This document shows, piece after piece, positions 50,023-59,750 of a stretch of DNA of 64,000 nt (positions are counted from its first letter, which is position 1; each line of letters begins with the position of its first letter). The DNA is from an uncultured Candidatus Entotheonella sp. (GTDB taxonomy: Bacteria > Tectomicrobia > Entotheonellia > Entotheonellales > Entotheonellaceae): assembly GCA_965217185.1 (NCBI GenBank), contig OZ244252.1, positions 768,001 through 832,000 on the forward strand. The letters are read 5' to 3'. Position numbers and translations under genes: made by a program. Under the pieces are notes generated by a model. It saw only the letters and a list, made by a program, of their open reading frames with translations, was not told the origin of the DNA and ran no database searches.

Positions 50023-51684
50023 TTGACTACCGACGTCGCAACCGGAATTGCACGAATTCTCAAGCAGGAAGGCGTGAAGTGGGTCTCCACTTTCCCCGTC
50101 TGCAGGGTCAACAACGCGCTCGGGCGCGAGAATGTGCCGATGCTCATGATGCGGGATGACCGTTATGCCATCGCCGTGGCGGACGCATTCTCCCGCATCA
50201 CCGGCGGCAAACAGATCGGCGTCGCCACGGTGCAGGGCGGCGTGAACGCTGCCGGGCTTCAGGTGGCTTATGCGGGATTGGCGCAGGCTTACGAGGACAA
50301 CTCGCCGATGCTGTGCATCACCGACGGCGTGCCGATCGGCAGCACCGAGAATTCCCACTTCGACCTCACGGCCAGCCTCAAGTCGGTGTCCAAATGGTAT
50401 GGCTACATCGACAAGCCGGAGCGCGTGCCCGAGTTCATGCGCCGGGCGTTCACCATGCTGCGCACCGGACGCCCGGGGCCCGTCATTCTGGCCGTGCCCG
50501 AGGCGACCGGGCAGTACGACGAAACCGCCGACCCGTACACGCCGGTGAAGGGATGGAAGGCGCTGCCCGACCCGGCTGACGTGAAGCTGGCCGTCGAGTT
50601 GCTGATGAGGGCGCAAAGCCCGCTGCTCTACGTCGGCGAGGGTGTCATCTATGCCGACGCGGCAGCCGAACTCAAAGCGTTCGTCGAATTGGCCAACGTC
50701 CCGGTGATCACGACGCTCAAGGCCAAGGGGGTGTTTCCCGAAAACCACCCATTGTTCGTCGGGGTGCGTGGCGATCAGGTGACCGAATATCTGAAGAAGA
50801 GCGATTTGATTCTCGCCGTCGGCTCCAGCCTGTCGCCAGGGCGCTTCAGTCACGCCATCCCCAATGCGGCGAAGAAAACCATCATCTCCTGCAACGTCAA
50901 CGAGTTGGACGTGAACAAGGTGTTCCCAACCGCGCACGCCCTGATCGGCGACGCCCGTTTCTCCCTGCAGGCGCTGGCCGAGGAGTTGACGGCGCAGTCT
51001 GACGGAAAGGGTTGCCCGCCCGGCAGTGTGGCGGCCGAGGTCAAAGCGTCCCGCGACAGCGCACTGGCATCCTACCGAGAGGCGATGGCCTCCGACGACG
51101 CGCCAATCAATCCTTACCGCGTATACAGCGAGCTCATGAAGGTTTTGGACCCGCACAAGTCGTTCGTCACGCACGAGTCCGGCAACACCCGCGACCAACT
51201 CAGTACGGTTTACGACACGCTCATTCCGAGAGGCTTCCTGGGCTGGGGCAACGTGTCGTCGTTGGGATACAGTTTGGCCGCGGTGGTCGCCGCCAAGAAG
51301 GCGCATCCGCAGCGGAGCGCGGTTGCCGTTACCGGCGAGGCAGGGCTTGGCTACATGATGGGCAACCTGGAAGTACCGGTGCGGGAGAAGCTGGGGGTCA
51401 CGGTCGTGCACATCAGCAACGGCGGCTTTGCCGGGTACGGGCCGGGCTTCTGGGGCGAGGGTCATGATCCCTACACCCACCGGGTGCTCGGTCCCGACGA
51501 GATCGACCTGTCGAAGGCCCTCCGGGAGTTCGGGTTGCACACCGAGCGGGTGACGGAGCCGGATGCCGTTGCGGGTGCCTTGCAGCGTGCGCTGGCAGCG
51601 AATGCGGACGGCGTCCCGGCCTATATCGAGGCCGTATGTAGCCAGTTTCCGGTTTATGGGCAGTGGGTGACACGCAACGGATAA
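50023..51684 (+). CDS. thiamine diphosphate-dependent enzyme (acetolactate synthase-like fold)
   Basis: GRPGPV, TTLKAKG.FPE.HPL, variant G(E)AG..SNGG motif. Confidence 0.85.
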   Translation: MTTDVATGIARILKQEGVKWVSTFPVCRVNNALGRENVPMLMMRDDRYAIAVADAFSRITGGKQIGVATVQGGVNAAGLQVAYAGLAQAYEDNSPMLCITDGVPIGSTENSHFDLTASLKSVSKWYGYIDKPERVPEFMRRAFTMLRTGRPGPVILAVPEATGQYDETADPYTPVKGWKALPDPADVKLAVELLMRAQSPLLYVGEGVIYADAAAELKAFVELANVPVITTLKAKGVFPENHPLFVGVRGDQVTEYLKKSDLILAVGSSLSPGRFSHAIPNAAKKTIISCNVNELDVNKVFPTAHALIGDARFSLQALAEELTAQSDGKGCPPGSVAAEVKASRDSALASYREAMASDDAPINPYRVYSELMKVLDPHKSFVTHESGNTRDQLSTVYDTLIPRGFLGWGNVSSLGYSLAAVVAAKKAHPQRSAVAVTGEAGLGYMMGNLEVPVREKLGVTVVHISNGGFAGYGPGFWGEGHDPYTHRVLGPDEIDLSKALREFGLHTERVTEPDAVAGALQRALAANADGVPAYIEAVCSQFPVYGQWVTRNG

Positions 51685-51710
51685 AGGGTAGGGGTGTGAA
51701 GAGGATGGAA

Positions 51711-51782
51711 TGGGCGATACTGGATTTGAACCAGTGACCCCTGCCGTGTGAAGGCAGTGCTCTCCCGCTGAGCTAATCGCCC
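51711..51782 (-). tRNA. tRNA-Val(CAC)
   Basis: GGGCGATTAGCTCAG..CTGCC-TTCACAC-GGCAG..GGTTCAAATCC..ATCGCCCA cloverleaf; no encoded CCA. Confidence 0.95.
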
Positions 51783-51840
51783 GTCGTGCTGGCGAGAAAT
51801 GGACGGGTTGGCCATTTCTCCGGCGGTTTGAAAACCGCAA

Positions 51841-51913
51841 TGGACGGTAGGAGATTCGAACTCCCGACCTCTGCCTTGCGAAGGCAGCGCTCTCCCAACT
51901 GAGCTAACCGCCC
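51841..51913 (-). tRNA. tRNA-Ala(CGC)
   Basis: cloverleaf with loop TTCGCAA and G3:U70 pair; no encoded CCA. Confidence 0.93.
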
Positions 51914-51958
51914 ACAAGGCCGCGGCAATCGCGCCGCGCCTGTTGGCTGGGGGGTGAG

Positions 51959-51987
51959 AGCATACTTGTCCCACCTGCCGGTGTCAA
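51959..51987 (-). promoter_or_regulatory. putative sigma70 promoter for the tRNA pair
   Basis: TTGACA-17 nt-TATGCT on the minus strand. Confidence 0.65.
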
Positions 51988-52003
51988 GAAACGCGATCGG
52001 CGT

Positions 52004-52828
52004 TTACAGGAACGCCACCTCACCGGAAACGACCCGCAGGCGCGAGTCGTCACGGCCCCGTATCAGCAAGGCCCCATCCTCATCCAGGCCCAATACGACA
52101 CCCTCTTCAATGCCGCGTTCCGTGCTGCAACGAACAGGCTTGCCAGCAATGCGTCCGTAGTGCAGCCAGCGCGGTAAAATGGGCACGAGGCCTCGTTGCT
52201 GAAAGGTGTGGTAGAGCGGTTCGAGGCGGTTCAGGATAGCAGCAGCGAGGCGCGGACGGGGCACGAAACATCCGACTGCCAGTGCCAGGGAAGTAACTTG
52301 GTGCCGCAGCTCGGCGGGGAACTGTTCCAGTGCGGTGTTGACGTTGATGCCGATGCCGACGATGGCCGCGGGCGACAGATCGGCCTGGAAAACGCTTTCG
52401 GTCAGGATGCCCCCCGCCTTCTTGCCGTGAATCATCACGTCGTTCGGCCACTTCAATTCGACGGACAGGGAACTCACCTCGGCAATGGCTTCTGCTGTTG
52501 CCACCGCAGCCAGCAGGGTCAGCTGGGGCAGGCGGCTGAGTACAACCTGTGGTCGCAATAGCAGGGACATGTAGATCCCCACGCCGGCCGGGGAGGCAAA
52601 GCTGCGCCCCTGGCGTCCCCGGCCGCGGTGTTGTTGCTCGGCCAGAACCACGGCGCCCTCCGGCACCCCATCCCGCGCCAGTTGTTTCGCGATGTCGTTG
52701 GTCGAGGTCGTTTGGGCTTTGATATGGATAATCCGGCCCAATGTCTTGGTCGTGAGTAGCCGATGCAGGCCATCGGCCTCAAGCGGGTCGGGTATCACAG
52801 ATTGCTCGCGGCGCGTAGAATCATCCAT
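52004..52828 (-). CDS. birA: biotin--protein ligase (no HTH domain)
   Basis: STN, GRGRQGR, KWPND, KAGGIL.E. Confidence 0.95.
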   Translation of the reverse strand: MDDSTRREQSVIPDPLEADGLHRLLTTKTLGRIIHIKAQTTSTNDIAKQLARDGVPEGAVVLAEQQHRGRGRQGRSFASPAGVGIYMSLLLRPQVVLSRLPQLTLLAAVATAEAIAEVSSLSVELKWPNDVMIHGKKAGGILTESVFQADLSPAAIVGIGINVNTALEQFPAELRHQVTSLALAVGCFVPRPRLAAAILNRLEPLYHTFQQRGLVPILPRWLHYGRIAGKPVRCSTERGIEEGVVLGLDEDGALLIRGRDDSRLRVVSGEVAFL

Positions 52829-52927
52829 AAGTTCTGTCCGTAATTCTTACGACTTGGGTTTGCCACCATCCTGGTCGCGCCCGCCATTCAGACCCTGCCG
52901 GGCGGTCACGAAAGGGGCTCGGTCGCC

Positions 52928-54085
52928 GTGCGCATCATCGACCGCCACATTATCCGGGAGCTTGTTCCTCTCACCTTGGTTGCCCTCGGAGTGGCAACCG
53001 GGGTCTTCTTCCTCGACAAGCTTCTGTGGATGACGAGTCTCGTGCTGCAAAATCGCCTCGACGTCGGCATGTCGTGGCGCTTGCTCTGCTACACCCTGCC
53101 CACCGTCAGCGGCTTGACGCTGCCCATCGGTTTCCTGATGGGCTGCACGCTGACCCTCCACCGCATGTCAGCCGACAACGAACTCGTGGTTCTGCGTGCC
53201 GCGGGGATGAGTGTATACCGTCTGTTGCTGCCCTTTTTCACGATTGCCGTGGTGGCCTACGCCCTGTCGGCGTTTGCCCTCATGTACGTGTCGCCGTGGG
53301 GTTATCAGGGCCTGCAGCGGCTCGTTTTCGATATCGCGCGGGACCGAGCTTACTATCATCTGAGGCCGCAGGCGTTTAACGACGCATTCAAGGGGCTGGT
53401 GTTCTACGTCGAGCGTACCCATCCCGAAGCGCAACGTTTTGAGGGGATTTTCGTCGCTGACAACCGCTCCCAAGTCACGCAGGTGATTACGGCGGAGCAG
53501 GGTGAATTGCTCGTCCAGCCGGAGGCGCTGCAAGTCGTCTTGCGGCTCAGCAAGGGCATCATCCATCGCTTCGTGCCGGCGGATGGGCGCTATCATCTGG
53601 TGCACTTCGGGCGGTACGACGTTGTGCTCGACCTGGATACCCGACTGGCGCGCCAGTCGACCGGCTCTGCCGGGGTGCGTAAACTGTTCCCCCATCAACT
53701 GCGGGCGGAAATCGCTCGCCGAGAGGCGCTCGGTGAGGATGCCAGAGCTCTCCGGCTATTCTGGCACAAGCTTTTCGCGTTGCCCTTTGCGTGCATCATC
53801 TTTGCGGGCCTCGGCCCGGCGCTGGGCGCTACCCAGACCCGTTCCGGCCGCTCGGCGGGATATCTACTCAGCATCGCCGGCATCTTCGTGTACTACATCC
53901 TGCTCAGCGCCAGTGACGCACTAGGCGAGGATAGCAAGCTGTCGCCCGTGCTCACAGCCTGGCTGCCCAACTTGTGCATGCTTGGGCTCACAGCGTTGCT
54001 CCTGCGCCGCCACGTGCATGGTTCGCTGCGCCTCGGGCGGGCAGGCCGTACCGTGCCTGGCAATGACGACAGGGAAGGGGGCTAA
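52928..54085 (+). CDS. lptF: LptF/LptG family LPS export permease
   Basis: IDRHI, ELVVLRAAG.S, AWLPN; 3+3 TM layout. Confidence 0.8.
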   Translation: MRIIDRHIIRELVPLTLVALGVATGVFFLDKLLWMTSLVLQNRLDVGMSWRLLCYTLPTVSGLTLPIGFLMGCTLTLHRMSADNELVVLRAAGMSVYRLLLPFFTIAVVAYALSAFALMYVSPWGYQGLQRLVFDIARDRAYYHLRPQAFNDAFKGLVFYVERTHPEAQRFEGIFVADNRSQVTQVITAEQGELLVQPEALQVVLRLSKGIIHRFVPADGRYHLVHFGRYDVVLDLDTRLARQSTGSAGVRKLFPHQLRAEIARREALGEDARALRLFWHKLFALPFACIIFAGLGPALGATQTRSGRSAGYLLSIAGIFVYYILLSASDALGEDSKLSPVLTAWLPNLCMLGLTALLLRRHVHGSLRLGRAGRTVPGNDDREGG

Positions 54086-55107
54086 CGGTTGAGCTGGTAC
54101 TTCCGCACGGCCCGGTTGTGCTCTTTCAGCGTGTTTGAAAAATGGTGGGCGCCGTTTTCCCTGGTCGCCACGAAGTACAGATACTTCACAGCGGCCGGCG
54201 CCACTGCCGCGTCGATCGAGCGTCTGCCGGGATTGGCGATGGGACCGGGCGGCAATCCGGCATAGCGGTAGGTATTGTACGGTGAGTCGATCCGTAAATC
54301 GGCCTTTCGCAGGTTGCCTTGGAAAGCCTCGCCCAGCGCGTAAATCACCGTGGAATCACATTGCAGGCGCATGCCGCGTTGCAACCGGTTGTGGAAAACC
54401 GCGGCGATGATCTCCCGTTCTGAGTCAAGTTGGGCTTCTTTTTCGATCAGCGAAGCGAGTGTCACGACGGCATGCTGCGACAGCCCCAGACCTTCGGCCT
54501 TGGCGGCGATTTCCGGGACGTAATTTTCGTCAAACGTCCGCACCATAAGCGTCAACAGGTCCGCTTCATCCATGTCCCGCGTCACGTGATACGTATCTGG
54601 AAACAAATACCCCTCAAGAGATGGCACGGTAAGACCGAGGGATTCTATGAAAGCAGGGTCGGAGCCAAGTCCCAGCACTCGCTGTTCGCTGCCCATGCCC
54701 TTGGCCGCGACCAACGCCGCAATGTCGCGCAGCGTCGCGCCCTCGGGAATGGTCAGGGCGTGGTGCATGACCTTGCCGCGGTATAGGAGGTCGAGGATTT
54801 CGACCGGGGACATGCTGGCGCTCAGCACGTATTCCCCGGCCTGCAGACGCGGCGCCAAGCGTCGGGCCTTGGCATACAGGACGAAGGGTAACGGATGACG
54901 GATCAAACCGGCCTCATGCAACTGGCTGGCGATCTGCCGTAGACCCGCGCCCCGGCTCACTTGGATGACTTGTTCTCTTGCTTCGATGGCGGCCGGCTGG
55001 TGGACGAGAATCCAGGTGCCCGCAAGGCCGAGAACCGCGGTTAAAATCAGAATGGACAGGCATTGTTTGGCAAAGCGGCGGGCGTGCGGCACGGAGATGT
55101 CCCTCAC
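54082..55107 (-). CDS. mltG: endolytic transglycosylase
   Basis: TIPEG, LEGYLFPDTY, SLIEKE, SPYNTY..GLPPGPI.NPG. Confidence 0.95.
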   Translation of the reverse strand: MRDISVPHARRFAKQCLSILILTAVLGLAGTWILVHQPAAIEAREQVIQVSRGAGLRQIASQLHEAGLIRHPLPFVLYAKARRLAPRLQAGEYVLSASMSPVEILDLLYRGKVMHHALTIPEGATLRDIAALVAAKGMGSEQRVLGLGSDPAFIESLGLTVPSLEGYLFPDTYHVTRDMDEADLLTLMVRTFDENYVPEIAAKAEGLGLSQHAVVTLASLIEKEAQLDSEREIIAAVFHNRLQRGMRLQCDSTVIYALGEAFQGNLRKADLRIDSPYNTYRYAGLPPGPIANPGRRSIDAAVAPAAVKYLYFVATRENGAHHFSNTLKEHNRAVRKYQLNR

Positions 55108-55118
55108 GCTTGGGTGGG

Positions 55119-55544
55119 TTAAGTCTTGGCGGTCAGGCGCTGGTGATCGAGATAGCTTTGCAGGATAAGCTGCGCGGCGAGCTTATCCCGCACGGCCTTG
55201 CGTTTGCTGCGCCGCTGATTGGCGGCGATCAACACGCGTTCGGCCTGCTGTGTGGTGAGGCGTTCATCCCAGGCAATACACGGCAGGTTACAGGACTGTT
55301 CGAGGCGGTCGATGAAGGCCGTCGTTTTGTCTGCTTGCGGGCCGTACGAGCCGTTCATGTTCCGAGGCATGCCTACGACAATCCGGGTGACGTCGTATTC
55401 GCTCATCACCTCCCGCAAAGCGGCTGCGTCGGCAGCGACGCTGCGCCGTTCGAGCACGAACAGGCCCTGAGCGAAAAGGGCCAGCTCATCGCTTACCGCG
55501 ACGCCGATGCGACGGTCGCCAACGTCCAGACCCAGTATCCGCAT
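55119..55544 (-). CDS. ruvX: YqgF/RuvX family nuclease
   Basis: LGLDVGDRRIGVA, WDERLTT, DKLAA..IL. Confidence 0.95.
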   Translation of the reverse strand: MRILGLDVGDRRIGVAVSDELALFAQGLFVLERRSVAADAAALREVMSEYDVTRIVVGMPRNMNGSYGPQADKTTAFIDRLEQSCNLPCIAWDERLTTQQAERVLIAANQRRSKRKAVRDKLAAQLILQSYLDHQRLTAKT

Positions 55545-55569
55545 GATGTCCCTTTCCCCGGCCGCGCGG

Positions 55570-57180
55570 TCACTGCAAGCGTGGGCCGTCCGGTTGCAGG
55601 GTGATGTTGTAGGAACTCAGGAGTGTGTTCTTGACCGCTTCGAGGCGGATGCGGGCTTGCAGGTGGTCGGTCAGGGCATTGATTTCCTTCGAGCGCTCGA
55701 CGCTCAAATCCTCTTGGAATTCCAGCACCGTGAACACGGTTGACAGACCGACTTGCAGTTTCTTTTCCTCAGCCTCGAGTTGCTTCTGCGCCAGCTGGCT
55801 TGACACGCGCGAGACCCGCACCCGCTGGGCATGGGTCATCACGTCGCGCACGGCGGCGCGGACCTGCCGGATGATTTCCTCTTCCATATCCTGGATGCGC
55901 AGCATCTGCTGGCGGATGGCCAGGCGGGATTGCGTGACGCGATTCTTGGCCTGTCGGTTGCCCAATGGCTGACTGAATTGCAGGCTGATGTCCCAGCGAT
56001 ACCGCTTACCCGGGTCGAACTCGCCGAGGTGGTCATCGAAGTTCTTGCTGACACCGTTGACGCGCAGACTCGTTTCCAGGTCGAGGGTGGGCAGGGCCTG
56101 ATTTTCGCTGAAGATGAGTGTGACGCGCTGGTTTTCCAGCATCAGCTTCGCCTGCATGAGGTCGACGCGTTGCTCCAGGGCCTGGCGAATCTGTTCTTCC
56201 TGGTTGATTGCGCGGGCATCGTAGGACGGGGTGTCAACGGGCAATAACACGGCGTCCGCGTACTCGCCGAGCAGGCTGAGGTTCATGATGCGCTTGAGCC
56301 GGTCTTCCGTCGCCCGTAGCGTGTTCCCGGCAACGAGAATGCGTTCTTCGACGCGGGCAATTTCCGTTTCGGCCTGCAGCACCTCGATGGGCGCCAGCGT
56401 GCCAACGGCTACCTGCTTGCGGATCTGATCCAGAAGTTGCTCCGCCAAGGCCCGTTGTTGGCGTCGTACTTCCAGATCCCGACGGCGAAACACAAGGTCC
56501 CAGTAGGCCTCCTGGACCTGAGCGGTTACGTCGGTGATTTGCTGGCGAAAATCTTCCTGGGACATGGACAGGTTGTTTTGTGCGATGACAATGCGGTTGT
56601 TGGTGACCTGCGAGCCGAAGTTTTTCAGGAGGGGTTGGGTGACCTTGACTTGTAGCTCGGCGGTGTTGAAGGCATTGCGTAGCGGCGGTTCCTGCGTGCC
56701 GGGAGGAAAAGGCACGCGCCGGGTGGAGTCCACGTGCGCCTCCGAGAGTTCCACGCCGTACGTGCCACCCCAGCGATTGAGGCGCGACAATCCTAAACGG
56801 ATCGCCTGTTCCTGCGTGTTGTCCTGAGCAACGGAATCGTTAATGAATTCCTGGAAGAAGGGCGAGGTGGAAAGCAGGCGGGAGTCTGACGCGTTGGCCG
56901 AAGCGTGCAACTGGATATCGAATATCCCTTCCTCGGTGGAGACCTGCGCCTCCCGGATGCGGGGTTCCAGGCCGGCGATCTGAATGTTCAGATTGCCTTG
57001 CAGAGCAAAGGCCGTGGCCTCGCGCAGGGACAGTTCCATCTCACGCTGCTGCGCCTGCGCCGGCGCGGCGAACCATCCAGCGTGACTCAAACAAGTAACG
57101 ACTATCAACGTGAGCAATGACGGGACAGCGGCTGATATCAATCCCAGTGCGTGCATGCTTCTACCGCGTTGCATGCTCAT
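55570..57180 (-). CDS. TolC-family outer membrane efflux protein
   Basis: signal-like N-terminus, QPLLKNFG, AYWDL, two OEP-like repeats. Confidence 0.85.
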   Translation of the reverse strand: MSMQRGRSMHALGLISAAVPSLLTLIVVTCLSHAGWFAAPAQAQQREMELSLREATAFALQGNLNIQIAGLEPRIREAQVSTEEGIFDIQLHASANASDSRLLSTSPFFQEFINDSVAQDNTQEQAIRLGLSRLNRWGGTYGVELSEAHVDSTRRVPFPPGTQEPPLRNAFNTAELQVKVTQPLLKNFGSQVTNNRIVIAQNNLSMSQEDFRQQITDVTAQVQEAYWDLVFRRRDLEVRRQQRALAEQLLDQIRKQVAVGTLAPIEVLQAETEIARVEERILVAGNTLRATEDRLKRIMNLSLLGEYADAVLLPVDTPSYDARAINQEEQIRQALEQRVDLMQAKLMLENQRVTLIFSENQALPTLDLETSLRVNGVSKNFDDHLGEFDPGKRYRWDISLQFSQPLGNRQAKNRVTQSRLAIRQQMLRIQDMEEEIIRQVRAAVRDVMTHAQRVRVSRVSSQLAQKQLEAEEKKLQVGLSTVFTVLEFQEDLSVERSKEINALTDHLQARIRLEAVKNTLLSSYNITLQPDGPRLQ

Positions 57181-57484
57181 TGACCCCCTTTCGTCGTTGC
57201 CGCTCTCTCGCTCACAGGCGCACCGACAACGAATCGTTCAACGGCCCGTTTGGTGCAGGCCGGCGCGTAACTTCTTCCTAAGCTAAAGCATAGCCGGGCA
57301 GTCACGCTGACAGATGTTCGGATGACTGTTAGCGAATTGGTGACAGGTGGTGTGGCAATCGTGAAGGTGTGCCTTGGCATCCAACCCAGCAGAAGGTGCG
57401 AATTTTGCAGAGAAGAAAGGGTTCTGTCAAGCGCATTCTGCCCTTACTGCCGGTATCCATCAGGAGAGGCGAGAAAGCGAGATA

Positions 57485-57493
57485 TGGTATAGT
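57485..57493 (+). promoter_or_regulatory. extended -10 element upstream of ribF
   Basis: TGGTATAGT. Confidence 0.4.
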
Positions 57494-57557
57494 TTCCCAC
57501 ATCACAAGTCGATTGCGGCCTACCTGCACGCACATTAGAAACCAGCGGAACACCTCA

Positions 57558-58484
57558 ATGCGGATCCACGAGAGCCTTGCTGCTATCGAACCCACTTCAT
57601 ACCCCAAACCCGTTCTTGCTCTCGGCAATTTCGACGGTGTGCACCTCGGCCACCAGAACATTTTCAGGCACGTGGTGAGCCGGGCGGACGAGATCGGCGG
57701 TACCCCCATGGTGTTCACGTTCGACTGTCATCCGTTAAAAGTGCTTGCCCCTGAGAGGGCGCCGCTGGTTCTTACCACCAACGCCCAGAAGCGCAGCCTG
57801 ATTGGCGCCTTGGGCGTCAGGGTGGGTCTGTGGATTCCCTTTACGGAACAATTCGCCCGTCAGAAACCCCTTGCCTTCATCCGTGACGTGTTGCAGGAAC
57901 GCATCGGTGTTCACGAGCTTGTGGTGGGATACGATTTCCGCTTCGGCCATTGTCGGGCCGGCAATGTGTCACTGCTCCAGCAACAGGCCGCGGCGCATGG
58001 TTACGAGGTCACGGTCATCCCGGCGGTCAAGCTGGGGGACACGGTGGTGAGTAGCTCCACGATTCGCGCCTTGCTGCAAAAAGGCCAGGTCGAAGAGGCC
58101 GCCCGTCTGCTCGGCCGGGATTACGTCCTGTCCGGTCTGGTCGTTGAGGGTTTCCGCCGCGGCGCCAAGCTCGGCTTTCCCACCGCAAACGTCCGCGCGG
58201 ATCACGAACTCGTGCCTCGTGAGGGCGTATATGCCGTGCGCGTGGAGTGGGAGGGCCGCCAATATCCCGGCGTTGCGAACGTGGGGCGCAACCCGACGTT
58301 TGACAACGAATCCCTTAGTGTGGAGGTGCATCTGCTTGACTTCGAGGGCGACTTGTACGGCGCCCGACTAGGTGTGGCTTTTGTGGCACGCATCCGGGAC
58401 GAGAGAAAGTTCGCCTCGGTCGATGATCTGGCCGCACAGATTGCCTGCGACGTCCAGCAGGCACGATACCTCCACGCCCGATAG
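57558..58484 (+). CDS. ribF: bifunctional riboflavin kinase/FAD synthetase
   Basis: GNFDGVHLGH, SSSTIR, GFPTAN, EVHLLDF. Confidence 0.96.
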   Translation: MRIHESLAAIEPTSYPKPVLALGNFDGVHLGHQNIFRHVVSRADEIGGTPMVFTFDCHPLKVLAPERAPLVLTTNAQKRSLIGALGVRVGLWIPFTEQFARQKPLAFIRDVLQERIGVHELVVGYDFRFGHCRAGNVSLLQQQAAAHGYEVTVIPAVKLGDTVVSSSTIRALLQKGQVEEAARLLGRDYVLSGLVVEGFRRGAKLGFPTANVRADHELVPREGVYAVRVEWEGRQYPGVANVGRNPTFDNESLSVEVHLLDFEGDLYGARLGVAFVARIRDERKFASVDDLAAQIACDVQQARYLHAR

Positions 58485-58497
58485 AGCCATCCTGCGG

Positions 58498-58791
58498 TCA
58501 TGATTCCCGTGTCCAAGGCAGGCGCCAACGCCGCGGTTGAGCCCGACGCAGCGCGCGGACGAACTGCTTCGGATCAACGCGGTACTTGAAGGCTTTGCGG
58601 CCATTGATGAAGACGACGGGAATTTCTTCCCGGTAGAGTTCCAGTAGGTCTGCCCGTGTCGTGATATCTACCTCGTTCAGGGAAAACGAATGACTGGCCT
58701 GAAGCTCTTGCAGGAGTGTTTTTGCTTCGTGGCAGAGGTGGCAATCGGGCTTGCTCAATATCTCCACTGTCGGGAGGACGATTTCGGTCAT
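58498..58791 (-). CDS. glutaredoxin-like (DUF836-type) protein
   Basis: CHLC motif, EVDI, IPVV. Confidence 0.85.
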   Translation of the reverse strand: MTEIVLPTVEILSKPDCHLCHEAKTLLQELQASHSFSLNEVDITTRADLLELYREEIPVVFINGRKAFKYRVDPKQFVRALRRAQPRRWRLPWTRES

Positions 58792-58963
58792 TCGTGTTGT
58801 CTCATAGTCGGTAATGGATTTCGGCAGGGGTGTTTTCCGTTTCGGCGCGAAGGCAGAAGCAGCGTATCATCGTGCAAAAACGGCAACAAGACGTACCGCA
58901 CCCCGGTGTTCCTCCTATTGATTTCGCAATTCTCCCTCCTCCCTCATGTGCGAAAGGCGTCTG

Positions 58964-59662
58964 ATGGCGGGCGAGTCCTCTGAACCGATAGTCGTGGCCA
59001 TTGACGGCCCCTCCGGGGTGGGCAAGAGTGTGGCTGCTGAAAGGCTGGCCCAGGCGCTCGGTTTTCACTATGCGCAATCGGGTGCCATGTATCGCGCCGT
59101 CGGCTGGCGCGTGGAATCGCAGGCGGTGCCCCTGTGCGACGGCGACCGCATTGCCACGCTTGTGTCGGAAACCCCGATCGTTATTACGCTTCGTCCTGGG
59201 CAATCCGCCGTTTGGGTGCATGGACGAGATATCTCAGGAGAGTTGGCAGGGGAGGCGGTGGGCAGAGCGGCCTCGGCGGTTGCCACCCTGCCGATGGTAC
59301 GCCAAACCGTTACAGTGCAGTTGCGCCGCCTGCGCTGCCAGGGGAGCTTGGTCATGGAGGGGCGCGACATCGGTACGGTTGTGTTCCCGGACGCCAACGT
59401 CAAGTTTTTCCTCGACGCCTCGCTTGATGTCAGAGTGCAGCGGCGATGGCGGGAAATGCGCCAGGCGGGCCACGGCGACACGTTCGAAGAGGTCCGGCAG
59501 GCCATTGCCGCTCGCGATGAGCAGGACCGCACCCGCACCCTTGCGCCTCTGGTGCCGGCGGCGGACGCACACGTTATTGATACGACGGATTTCTCTATTG
59601 ACGATGTCGTGCGGACTATGGTATCAGAGACGCAACACAACATCCTGCGGGGTAACGGTTGA
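58964..59662 (+). CDS. cmk: cytidylate kinase
   Basis: AIDGPSGVGKS, GAMYRA, EGRDIGTVVFP. Confidence 0.95.
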   Translation: MAGESSEPIVVAIDGPSGVGKSVAAERLAQALGFHYAQSGAMYRAVGWRVESQAVPLCDGDRIATLVSETPIVITLRPGQSAVWVHGRDISGELAGEAVGRAASAVATLPMVRQTVTVQLRRLRCQGSLVMEGRDIGTVVFPDANVKFFLDASLDVRVQRRWREMRQAGHGDTFEEVRQAIAARDEQDRTRTLAPLVPAADAHVIDTTDFSIDDVVRTMVSETQHNILRGNG

Positions 59663-59750
59663 GCCTGCCTGCGCGCCTTGGCCTTGAGTGTGGCAAGGTC
59701 ATGTCGTCTCAGCGTTGCAATCCGTAGTTAATCAGGAGGCTGGAATTCCC

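Noticed and set aside
49933..51840. 635 aa minus-strand ORF, and similar long antisense ORFs at 29225-30658, 32581-33885, 44358-45743 and 59709-60893
   Set aside because: Shadow frames of well-supported genes in GC-rich DNA with no recognisable motifs; this one also crosses a tRNA
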